64,000 nt of DNA from positions 391 to 64,390 of the forward strand of contig JAFGLO010000011.1 of the NCBI GenBank assembly GCA_016927995.1, given 5' to 3'. Shown one piece after another: positions 47,343 to 55,602 of the stretch; within the stretch, counting starts at the first letter, position 1, and every line of letters starts with the position of its first letter. Both the position numbers and the translations under genes were made by a program. The notes under the pieces are model-generated. The model saw only the letters and a list, made by a program, of their open reading frames with translations, was not told the origin of the DNA and did no database searches. This DNA is from Candidatus Dojkabacteria bacterium (lineage in GTDB: Bacteria; Patescibacteriota; Dojkabacteria; JAFGLO01).

Positions 47343-48032
47343 TTACTCCACCTTTACTACTCTCCCCTTAAGCCGCCCCTTAAACATAACATATTTAAGC
47401 TCGCGGGTTATAAATTCCACCGTTAGCTGTGCATCGGTTAGGTTGCTAATTGGCATTTTTGACTCTTTTGTTCTAAACAAAAGCCAAAGTTCGTTAGTTA
47501 TAAGTCCTGTCATTACCGCGCCCGAGTTGTAAAAAGAGTTAATATCGGTTACGGAAAACGTATAAGTATTCGTGCCGTCTGTGCTATTTGGAGTACTTGA
47601 CTGCTTTACTCCTTCACTACTCATCGGATGCGTATGAACATTAAAAAGATACATGACTTCAACTATTTTGGGGGCATCTTTATAGTAAACAAGCCGTTTT
47701 GAATAAGTTTTCCCGCCAACAGTTACAACCCTTTCGTAGTACTCGGGTTTGTGTGAGGAATTATATACAACGCTAACATCTGTTTTTGACTGAACATAGG
47801 TTTTACCCCCTCGCATTAGTTCGGTAGTTACAAGCTCACCATCGGCAAAAAACACCATGAAGGCTCGCTCGTGATCATCGGCCCTTGTGTGTTTGTATGC
47901 TCTAACCGCCGTATTCCAAAAATCAGAGTTAAAGTCGATTACGCGTGGTAATTCAAACTCATTCGGAAAGGCATTAATAGTTTTTAAGCCTTTTAGTTTT
48001 TTGTATAGTTCGTGATATGTAAATTTGCTCAT
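47343..48032 (-). CDS. Hypothetical protein with JAB/MPN+-like motif
   Basis: HERAF...VHTHP...FSVTD. Confidence 0.6.
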   Translation of the reverse strand: MSKFTYHELYKKLKGLKTINAFPNEFELPRVIDFNSDFWNTAVRAYKHTRADDHERAFMVFFADGELVTTELMRGGKTYVQSKTDVSVVYNSSHKPEYYERVVTVGGKTYSKRLVYYKDAPKIVEVMYLFNVHTHPMSSEGVKQSSTPNSTDGTNTYTFSVTDINSFYNSGAVMTGLITNELWLLFRTKESKMPISNLTDAQLTVEFITRELKYVMFKGRLKGRVVKVE

Positions 48033-48160
48033 GTCTAATAATACAATACCGGCTTAATTTAGTACACGTTACCTTTTTTGAGGACTTTTGGGTAGTATCA
48101 ATTTTGAAACAAAATTACAACGGTGATATAATATTCCACAGTTAACTTGATTGGTGCAAG

Positions 48161-49103
48161 ATGAAAATTCAATTTATACAAAATGGCATAAAAGCATTTA
48201 TGGGGCTTTCAAAAGCCTTAAGAATAGGTATTATAATTTCTACGGTTACATTAGTATCTGCAGGGGGTTATTTTACAACAACCGCAATTATCAATGCTAA
48301 TAGTAATACTGGCTCTACAGAGAAGAAAGAAGAGACGTTCGATACTTCAGTCGGAGCCGGATTCAGAAACTGATAACAATGAAACTGAAGTTAATGAAGA
48401 AGAAGCTACAAATGAAACCGAAGATTCGGAAAAAGGAAGTACCACATCGACGGCTACCGCATCTACCGCAACCGCAAATACAAGTAATAATACAACAACC
48501 TCAAGTAATACTTCAGAGCAACCAGTTGCCCCTACAACTAAAACTTTTGTTGGTGACTACATAACAATAACTATACCTACTGCGTGGAATGCCGAAGAAA
48601 TCCACGAAAGACCAACCTACGGTGACGTCGGACTTATTGAATTCAATCTGTATAATGCTGCCGGTACAAAGGTTTTTGGTCTTTATGCTCCAGAAGCATT
48701 GGGATGGGGTGGAAATGAGTGTAGCGATTTTGGGACATACAAGGCTTTTTCTGACTATAATCCGGCATCATATCAAAGTTATGTTGACTTCTTTACCGCG
48801 TCATGTACTGGAGAACCTGCTGCGCTTGAGTTTATTTCGTATCAGACAGAAACAAGTTTTCTGGGTTATAGAATTAGAAGAACCTCTGGTGTCTATAGAA
48901 TGGATAGTATAAAGGGAGACCAATATTTTAGCGAGGGACGAGAGTCTGGTCTGCCTATAACTTATAATCTTCAGTCTACCGGGATTTCTTATTTCCTCGG
49001 AGGTACTTACAAAGAATATATATATACCATTACCTTTAATCCAACGGCTAGTGATTACACACAGCTAGAGACGGCTTTGGCTACTGCTGTCATCAGTCAA
49101 TAA
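48161..49103 (+). pseudogene. Membrane-anchored secreted protein split by a frameshift
   Basis: ORF 48161..48373 (TM anchor) continues in the 48294..49103 frame (S/T/E linker plus globular domain); shift at about 48320-48345. Confidence 0.65.
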
Positions 49104-49228
49104 GCAGTAACTTAAGAACCATTAAAACTGTAAGGTTTACATATGACTTGTAGACTTTTGTTAACGCTTGAAATTAACTTAATCTATTTGTTATAATCCG
49201 GCGCTTAAACAAGATTAGAAAAACCGAT

Positions 49229-49387
49229 ATGAAGCCTGCAGTTCAAAAAATAATAAAACCATTCTTCACTTTATCAACAGCGATTCAGGCAGTTTTGTTT
49301 GCATTGGTTTCTACCGTTGTTATCACTGGGGTTTACTTTATTGCCCAATCCCTTGTTATTAATACCGTTTCAGCGTTCGGAGGTTAA
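49229..49387 (+). CDS. 52-aa hydrophobic protein (Flp-pilin-like pattern)
   Basis: MKPAVQKIIKPFFTLSTAIQAVLFALVSTVVITGVYFIAQSLVINTVSAFGG; promoter TTGAAA-18-TATAAT at 49168-49197. Below the ORF-track length cut-off. Confidence 0.65.
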   Translation: MKPAVQKIIKPFFTLSTAIQAVLFALVSTVVITGVYFIAQSLVINTVSAFGG

Positions 49388-49521
49388 GGCGTTGGGTTTT
49401 ACCCACCCGTTTGTCCTTAAGACTTTCATTTATTACTTGTTACATAACGGTGTTACTGCTTCACTAAATTAATGGCTTCTTGTATACTGACTAAGTCTAA
49501 AATATTAAATATTCCAAAGAA

Positions 49522-50229
49522 ATGAAAGTAAAAAGCGTTTTGTATGATCTCGATGATACTCTAATAAAGTCCAGTAAAATTTATGATAAAGCACTAGAGT
49601 TTGCCACAAGATTTTTATCCGAGAAATACAAACTTAACCACGAAGATTTTTTTAAGCTTGTCCAGACTAAACATCTTATCGTTCACAAAAATTTCCCAAC
49701 AGTTCACACAAGACACAGTAGAATTTTGGTATTTAGAATGGCATTGGATGAAGTACTCGATAACTATGATTTGTCATTGCTTCCCGATGTTGAAGATATG
49801 TATTGGGACTATTTTTTTAATAACATTGATATATATCCCAATGTCATAAAGACATTGAAAACGCTACGTGATCGCAAGATCAAGATAGCAATAGTTTCCG
49901 ACGGGAGTCTTTCACTTAGGATTCGTAAAGTTAAAGCGGCAAAGCTTCTGGAATATGTTGATGAACTTGTCGCCTCAGAAGAAGTCATCTTCGAGAAACC
50001 GTTTAGCGCAATTTTCACTCTTGCGTTATCTCAACTGAAATGCGATCCTGCACATGCAGTTATGGTTGGGAATGACTATAAAAACGATATACGTGGAGCT
50101 CAACTTGTTGGTATGAAAGCCGGAACCTATGAACCTCCTGTGGATGCAAGCGTGTATAATAACAACGAAGATATTATTCCCGACTTTAAACTTAAAGATC
50201 ATCAAGAGATTTTAGACATTATTGAGTAA
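49522..50229 (+). CDS. HAD family hydrolase
   Basis: DLDDTL, IVSDG, EKP, MVGNDYKNDI. Confidence 0.93.
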   Translation: MKVKSVLYDLDDTLIKSSKIYDKALEFATRFLSEKYKLNHEDFFKLVQTKHLIVHKNFPTVHTRHSRILVFRMALDEVLDNYDLSLLPDVEDMYWDYFFNNIDIYPNVIKTLKTLRDRKIKIAIVSDGSLSLRIRKVKAAKLLEYVDELVASEEVIFEKPFSAIFTLALSQLKCDPAHAVMVGNDYKNDIRGAQLVGMKAGTYEPPVDASVYNNNEDIIPDFKLKDHQEILDIIE

Positions 50230-50846
50230 TGATTTACCCCGTCTTGGAAAAAGAACAAAAAATTTGGAAAACTCAACCCGAGGCATTAATTGCCGGAATT
50301 GATGAAGCCGGTCGTGGACCATTGGCGGGTCCCGTTGTTGTTGGAATCGTTGTAATAAAACATGAAAATCAATATATTCAGGAAGTAAGAGATAGTAAGA
50401 CATTATCTGAACTTCAGCGGGAAAAGATTTTTGAGAAAATTACTAAAACTGCATCCGCCTGGGGTTATGCAATGCGAGATAACCAGTTTATTGATGAACG
50501 TGGAATTGTTCATGCAGTTCGTGAGTCTGTTGTAGATGCATACTACTCCCTAAATCCTAAGCCAAATCTTGCACTTATCGACGGTAGTTATCTTCGAAAT
50601 TTTCCTTTTGAATATAAATCGTTTGACAAGGGTGATCGTGATATTTACTGTATTGCGGCGGCTTCTATCATTGCAAAAGTCATAAGGGATCGGTTAATTG
50701 TGAAACTCGACTCGACCTATCCCGAATATGGGTTTGCTAAGCACAAAGGGTATGGAACAATGCAGCATATTGAGGCTATCAGAAAGTATGGTTTGTCGGA
50801 CGTCCATAGGGTTTCGTTCTGTAGCAGATTGATTATTAATAAATAA
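50229..50846 (+). CDS. rnhB: Ribonuclease HII
   Basis: GIDEAGRGPLAGPV, DSK, IDG, IAAASIIAKV.RD, HKGYGT, HRVSF. Confidence 0.97.
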   Translation: MIYPVLEKEQKIWKTQPEALIAGIDEAGRGPLAGPVVVGIVVIKHENQYIQEVRDSKTLSELQREKIFEKITKTASAWGYAMRDNQFIDERGIVHAVRESVVDAYYSLNPKPNLALIDGSYLRNFPFEYKSFDKGDRDIYCIAAASIIAKVIRDRLIVKLDSTYPEYGFAKHKGYGTMQHIEAIRKYGLSDVHRVSFCSRLIINK

Positions 50847-50863
50847 GCTATTTTTATTAACTT

Positions 50864-50960
50864 AATTCCCTGTCGACCTGCGTGTTCTCAGAGAGCCCCT
50901 TGCATATAATATTTTCTTGCTAAGGCGAATCTCTGATCACACCTGTTCTTCCAGGGTATT
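50864..50960. ncRNA. Candidate structured ncRNA (long interrupted hairpin)
   Basis: Nested pairings CCCTG/CAGGG, GTGT/ACAC, TCAGAGA/TCTCTGA and GCC/GGC, with a 9x9-nt internal bubble; 25 bp repeated at 50981-51005. Confidence 0.5.
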
Positions 50961-51045
50961 GTTCACTGTTTTACTTTTATAATTCCCTGTCGACCTACGT
51001 GTTCTTATCATGTTATAATTAAAGATTAAATTGACAGCTACTAAC

Positions 51046-51663
51046 ATGCAAAAAACAATGGCAAAGGTAGGTATCTATCTAATAGTCGGACTTGTTCTTA
51101 TTTCTGGATCTATGGTTTTGGGAGGTTTCCTATATAAGAAATTTTTCGAGAAGGATTCCGTACAATCGGTAACGGCACTTTCTATAATTGAACGAGTTTC
51201 TACAAAAGGAATATTGGTAACCAAGTCATTATATATTGAAGAGGAAATAACAATAAAAATAGACCAAGGATCTGCGTGGTCAAACTTCTGGTGGGGACAC
51301 CAGGTTGTAGCTACAGCTCCAATGAGAATTGACCTGGGAATTGATCTGTCTAAACTTACCGAAGATAATATTGCAGTAGATAACACGGAAAAAACAATAA
51401 TCATTGATTTTCCGGATGTTGAGATTTCGTCGATAAGCCTTGATGGTGACATCGAGGTTGAGCGCGAAAGTGGAATTTTTTACAAACTTTTCGAGGCAGA
51501 TGATAATGCTGATTATAACCTTGCCCTTACCGAGCTAACAAATCAATCACGAGCTACTGCCGAGGCTAATACTGAGCTTTATCAGGAAACCAAAGACGCT
51601 GTTGTTGAACTTTTAAACTTCTTGTATTCCGAAACCGGGTATACGGTAAGTAGTAAACAGTAA
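51046..51663 (+). CDS. DUF4230-like membrane-anchored protein
   Basis: One TM helix, IDLGIDLSKL..IIIDFP pattern. Confidence 0.75.
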   Translation: MQKTMAKVGIYLIVGLVLISGSMVLGGFLYKKFFEKDSVQSVTALSIIERVSTKGILVTKSLYIEEEITIKIDQGSAWSNFWWGHQVVATAPMRIDLGIDLSKLTEDNIAVDNTEKTIIIDFPDVEISSISLDGDIEVERESGIFYKLFEADDNADYNLALTELTNQSRATAEANTELYQETKDAVVELLNFLYSETGYTVSSKQ

Positions 51664-51976
51664 GCAGTAAACAGTAGGGATTAAATGGTAATTAAATCCG
51701 ACAGGATCGGTCGGGACGTGTTTCTATCTTATTCCTAGTTCATATATCTAGACGTATTTTTTGATTAGCCAGCAGTGAGAATCGAACTCAGCGTGCTACC
51801 TCTTGCACGCTATCTTTCCCGAATCTAATGTACGGGAAGAATTTAATAAGAAACGGAATCGGTTCAAGTAATTAATAGTAATAAGCCGGCAATCGGAATT
51901 GAGCGAGCATCCTTGGCGAGCTACGCAAAGTCGATGGCAATCAACTGAAACAGAAACTGAGTTCGTAATGGATATT

Positions 51977-52049
51977 AGCCGGCAATCGGAATTGAACCGA
52001 TGACCTACGGTTTACGATACCGCCGCTCTACCAACTGAGCTATGCCGGC
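51977..52049 (-). tRNA. tRNA-Thr(CGT)
   Basis: GCCGGCA/TGCCGGC acceptor stem, GCGGT-AT CGT AA-ACCGT, GGTTCAATTCC. Confidence 0.95.
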
Positions 52050-52223
52050 CCCAATAATAATCTGTCGGTCATAGCGAACTTGTCCGCCTCTGGCGGAAGC
52101 TATGCCGGTGAAAGTGCAACTAGACGAACAAAAAACAACGTTACTAATGATTATACTATTGAATCTGTCATTTTGCCAGAATAGATGATTGACTATCATG
52201 GCTATCATCGGCTATAATTAGTT

Positions 52224-52276
52224 ATCATCATAACCAGGGGTGCCTAAGGTTTCGACCGACCGCCAGTCCTGGTTTT
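52224..52276 (+). ncRNA. Candidate NYN-associated small RNA, copy 1
   Basis: Promoter TTGACT-18-TATAAT (52189-52218), stem CCAGG/CCTGG enclosing GGT-TTCG-ACC, U-tract. Confidence 0.6.
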
Positions 52277-52761
52277 TTCTTTTTATAGCCAAACGACCCT
52301 ACCTGTTTATCCAACCTAATTATGTACGTGTCATACTTTCTTGGCAGGCAAGAGTACTTATGATTTGGTGTAAGTACTTTGAGTAATTTCCCTTTCTCCT
52401 TCAGATATTGGATAAGACAAGAAAAATCTCCATCACCACTTACTATTACAGCTTTTTTATAATTGTTGTATTCAATTGCTGCTGCATGTAAAACTAACTC
52501 TGCATCGACATTTCCTTTAACCGCCTCTCTTTTGTCAGCGAAATATCGTACGGTGGGTTTAAATACCAGAATGAATCCTGCCAACTGTAATGTTGTATAG
52601 AGTTTTTGATTATTAGGTAACTGTCCGATAAACATAAAAGCCATTGATACATTGTATTTATTTTTTAGATATAGTCGGAATCTCGGGTAATCAATTTTCC
52701 ATCCAGTAGACATAATTCCTAGGTATAAATTCTGGCTATCGATAAAAGCATAGTTATCCAT
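52228..52761 (-). CDS. NYN domain (LabA/DUF88, PIN-like) ribonuclease
   Basis: FIDSQNL, KGNVDAEL, VSGDGDF acidic motifs intact. Confidence 0.93.
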   Translation of the reverse strand: MDNYAFIDSQNLYLGIMSTGWKIDYPRFRLYLKNKYNVSMAFMFIGQLPNNQKLYTTLQLAGFILVFKPTVRYFADKREAVKGNVDAELVLHAAAIEYNNYKKAVIVSGDGDFSCLIQYLKEKGKLLKVLTPNHKYSCLPRKYDTYIIRLDKQVGSFGYKKKKPGLAVGRNLRHPWL

Positions 52762-52865
52762 GCTTTAATTTTACGCGACGGCATGACCGAAAAGAAATGG
52801 CGGAATCTGTCGTTTTGCCAGAATACGAGATTGAATTAGTCAATAATAATTGTTATAATTAAATG

Positions 52866-52924
52866 TTTATGATAAGGGGACTACCAAAATGGATTTTATT
52901 CCATGCGGGAATGCCCCTTTTTTC
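52866..52924 (+). ncRNA. Candidate NYN-associated small RNA, copy 2
   Basis: Promoter TTGAAT-17-TATAAT (52831-52859), stem AAGGGG/CCCCTT enclosing ATGGA-N6-TCCAT, U-tract. Confidence 0.65.
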
Positions 52925-53114
52925 TTTTCAACTTATCCTTTAACCTTGCCAAGGAAATCAAGTATGGTGAATACTTTTTTAACAATGAGGAATATTTCTC
53001 GTTTGGAGTGATTATATTTTTTAGTTTGTTTTTCCTCTCCAAGTATTCAATTAAACAAAAGAAATCCCCATCACCCGAAATAATGACGGCTTTATCATAA
53101 TTGTTATATTCTAT
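52896..53114 (-). pseudogene. 5'-truncated NYN gene
   Basis: IEYNNYDKAVIISGDGDFFCLIEYL...KYSSLLKKY...KKGHSRME*; the N-terminal half is missing. Confidence 0.9.
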
Positions 53115-53171
53115 TTTGCCAGAATAGAAGGAAAGCTTTACGTTACTTATTGGAATCTGCTATAATGGATT

Positions 53172-53232
53172 ATCACGATGAGAGGACTACCAAAATGGAC
53201 CTCGATCCATGCGGGAATTCCTCTCTTTTTTT
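53172..53232 (+). ncRNA. Candidate NYN-associated small RNA, copy 3
   Basis: Promoter TTTACG-18-TATAAT with extended TG (53137-53166), stem GAGAGGA/TCCTCTC enclosing ATGGA-N6-TCCAT, U-tract. Confidence 0.65.
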
Positions 53233-53242
53233 AAAAAAGCGG

Positions 53243-53725
53243 CTACTTCCCTTTCCTAAGTTTTTCCTTTAACTCACCCAAAGACACAATATACTTACTA
53301 TATTTTTTAAGAAGGGATGAGTATTTTCTATTGGGTGCAATTACTTTTGCCAGCTTTTTATTCTCTGCTAGGTACTCTACAAGACAGTAAAAGTCACCAT
53401 CACCCGATACTATTACAGCTTTATCATAGTTGTCTTTTTCCATCATTGTGTGTAAAACCAGCTCTGCGTCAACATTTCCTTTGTAGGTTATCTTGTCAGC
53501 CTTTTTTATTTCTAGGACTTTCTTAAAGATAAGGATATATCCCAATTCTTGTAGTTCTTTATACAGTTTTGCGTTTGATTCTATATAGCCTATGAATAAA
53601 AATGCTGTTTTAACGTTATATTTGTTACGGAGGTACAGTCTAAATTTTCCGTAGTCTAATTCCCATTTATCGGCTTTTGTTCCTATGTATAGGTTTTGGC
53701 TGTCTATGAATGCATGATTTTTCAT
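53243..53725 (-). CDS. NYN domain (LabA/DUF88, PIN-like) ribonuclease
   Basis: FIDSQNL, KGNVDAEL, VSGDGDF. Confidence 0.93.
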   Translation of the reverse strand: MKNHAFIDSQNLYIGTKADKWELDYGKFRLYLRNKYNVKTAFLFIGYIESNAKLYKELQELGYILIFKKVLEIKKADKITYKGNVDAELVLHTMMEKDNYDKAVIVSGDGDFYCLVEYLAENKKLAKVIAPNRKYSSLLKKYSKYIVSLGELKEKLRKGK

Positions 53726-54007
53726 GCTTTATTGTACTACGGTTTAGAAAATTTGGATAATTCCTGCCAAAGATTTTCTTCAATCTCGACTTCGCCCGAT
53801 GTTTCAATTTGTTTTGTTAAGCGAAATCGAGTAGAGTTTTCGAAGAACAACCGACAGCTATAGATTGAGTACTTATTACAGAGACCACGTCTCTAAAGGT
53901 AAAACTACTCGTACGAGTATATTATGCCCCAACCTTTGATGACGTTACAAACAAGACGATCTATGGTATAATACACTTTCAATAGATAAGCTGACCAAAC
54001 ATCTATA

Positions 54008-55561
54008 GTGATCGAAGAGTTTATCAGAGCCGAAAAAGAAAGTGTTATAAGTTGCCTTGGGGAAAATTCTCGTTTAGTTTCTGTAGTTAATGTACAAGGT
54101 TTGCGTGAGGGAATCGAAGATCCGAACAGTATCATGGTGACTAGAGGGTCTATTGACCCTCAAGATCCAAACTGCTGGAGTATTATTGTTGAAAAAGATA
54201 GTCAGAATTTTACCATTGTAAGATCTCCTCAAGGTGATCTTCAAGTTGTTACAGAGGAGAACAACGTTGTTCCTTTCGATGGAGATTCAGAATTTGCACA
54301 AGCTATATTTAACCAAATAGGAGTAAGGACTCCTAATCCATTGGAAGCCTCAGCACTGGCCTCAATAGGAATGCTTACTTCTCCTACGGAACGATCAAGA
54401 AGAGATTTATTAAAAATTGTTGGAATTTTAGCAACTTTTGTGGGACTTACCTGTTGTACCTTTGGTGGTAGTGGGAATTATGAACCCACAATAGTCGTCA
54501 ATGGAACTGCTGTCCCCACAAAAGTTGAAACAGTCGTAACACCTTCTCCCGAGTCTTCACCCGTACAAAGGGCAGAACTTATAGCAAAAACCGAACCGTG
54601 GCAAATATTGCCTTCTCTTTCAAGTGAAATAAATGCTATTAATGTAAAATTTGTTAACAGGGATGAATATATAGCTCTTGCGAGAGAAGATGGGATAATA
54701 ATTCCGGATGGATATGAAAGCAGCTTTTTAGAAGAAAGCGATGCAAAATTACTAACTAATCTTAGAGTTATAGTAATTAATCGTGACGCTCCAACATTTA
54801 CCACACAGATGGAAGGATTTTCAACTGAAACTGAAAAAGACAATTTCCTTACAAGATTACTTACACATGTTATAAAGCACGAGGTAAGTCACGGCGTAAG
54901 CGAAACAAAACCTGTTTCCGATGAGCTAAAGCGTGCTGTAGCCGAAAACCCTTTAACCAATGCATTTACGGCTATAACTACATTTGGTTATTCCATAGGA
55001 CTGGATGGTGGCTACCAATTAAGCGGTCTCGAGGAAGTTGTGGTTACGCACTTTAATACATTGAACTGTGGTTCAACTTGTGTGATTGATCAAATCTCAC
55101 TATCGTATATAGGAACCGAAATGATAGAGCCTGTCAATACATTCCTTGCCAACACCCTTGATGTGGAGGCAGGGTCCTTTGTCAACTATGTCATACATAA
55201 GGCAACTGATGGTATAGATGGCTTAATTGATCGCTTGGTTATAAGATATAATTGTGTTTCTGGGATTGACAGAAGAGGTATAACAAAAATGGTACTTGAT
55301 TTTGTTGTTGCCACAACTTTTGCACATACAAGTTACCTTTATTGGAGAAAATTATCCAATGGCGACGCTACTCAAAGAGAGGATGCTGATCAATATAAAG
55401 AACGATATGATTTATTTATCAAAACCATGAATGATATTGCCACGGCTGTTAAGAATAGAAGTACTGAATACACTCCACTTGCAAACAACAGTCGAACATT
55501 TATGGCTAATCTTATTTCAGGTTATTCTTCTTCTGCACACAAGCTTACTATGAGAAGTTAA
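54008..55561 (+). CDS. Hypothetical membrane protein with internal twin-arginine-like motif and HExxH
   Basis: SRRDLLK before a TM helix; KHEVSHG with downstream GLEE. Confidence 0.7.
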   Translation: MIEEFIRAEKESVISCLGENSRLVSVVNVQGLREGIEDPNSIMVTRGSIDPQDPNCWSIIVEKDSQNFTIVRSPQGDLQVVTEENNVVPFDGDSEFAQAIFNQIGVRTPNPLEASALASIGMLTSPTERSRRDLLKIVGILATFVGLTCCTFGGSGNYEPTIVVNGTAVPTKVETVVTPSPESSPVQRAELIAKTEPWQILPSLSSEINAINVKFVNRDEYIALAREDGIIIPDGYESSFLEESDAKLLTNLRVIVINRDAPTFTTQMEGFSTETEKDNFLTRLLTHVIKHEVSHGVSETKPVSDELKRAVAENPLTNAFTAITTFGYSIGLDGGYQLSGLEEVVVTHFNTLNCGSTCVIDQISLSYIGTEMIEPVNTFLANTLDVEAGSFVNYVIHKATDGIDGLIDRLVIRYNCVSGIDRRGITKMVLDFVVATTFAHTSYLYWRKLSNGDATQREDADQYKERYDLFIKTMNDIATAVKNRSTEYTPLANNSRTFMANLISGYSSSAHKLTMRS

Positions 55562-55602
55562 GATAATGAAGGTGCTCAAAACGGCATTATGTGCGTGGTT
55601 GC

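Noticed and set aside
50864-50960. Firm 6S or SRP RNA call
   Set aside because: Much shorter than typical 6S and lacks the SRP helix-8 motif; kept only as an unnamed candidate.
51648-51677. AGTAAAC/AGTAAGC heptamer repeat
   Set aside because: A short low-complexity repeat at a gene end with no further structure.
51767-52049. CRISPR-like repeat-spacer reading of the tRNA-Thr repeats
   Set aside because: The repeats are tRNA 3' ends, diverged and unevenly spaced; att scars explain them better.
52061-52794. TCGGTCAT / ATGACCGA as terminal inverted repeats around NYN copy 1
   Set aside because: Only 8 bp and not repeated at the other modules; compatible with chance.
52903-53100. 65-aa + strand ORF as a protein antitoxin for NYN
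   Set aside because: It is antisense to the NYN fragment, starts inside the RNA hairpin, runs through the U-tract, and has no counterpart in copies 1 and 3.
52224-53232. NYN-associated RNAs as hammerhead or HDV-like ribozymes
   Set aside because: No CUGAnGA/GAAA core and no nested double pseudoknot could be drawn on either strand by eye.
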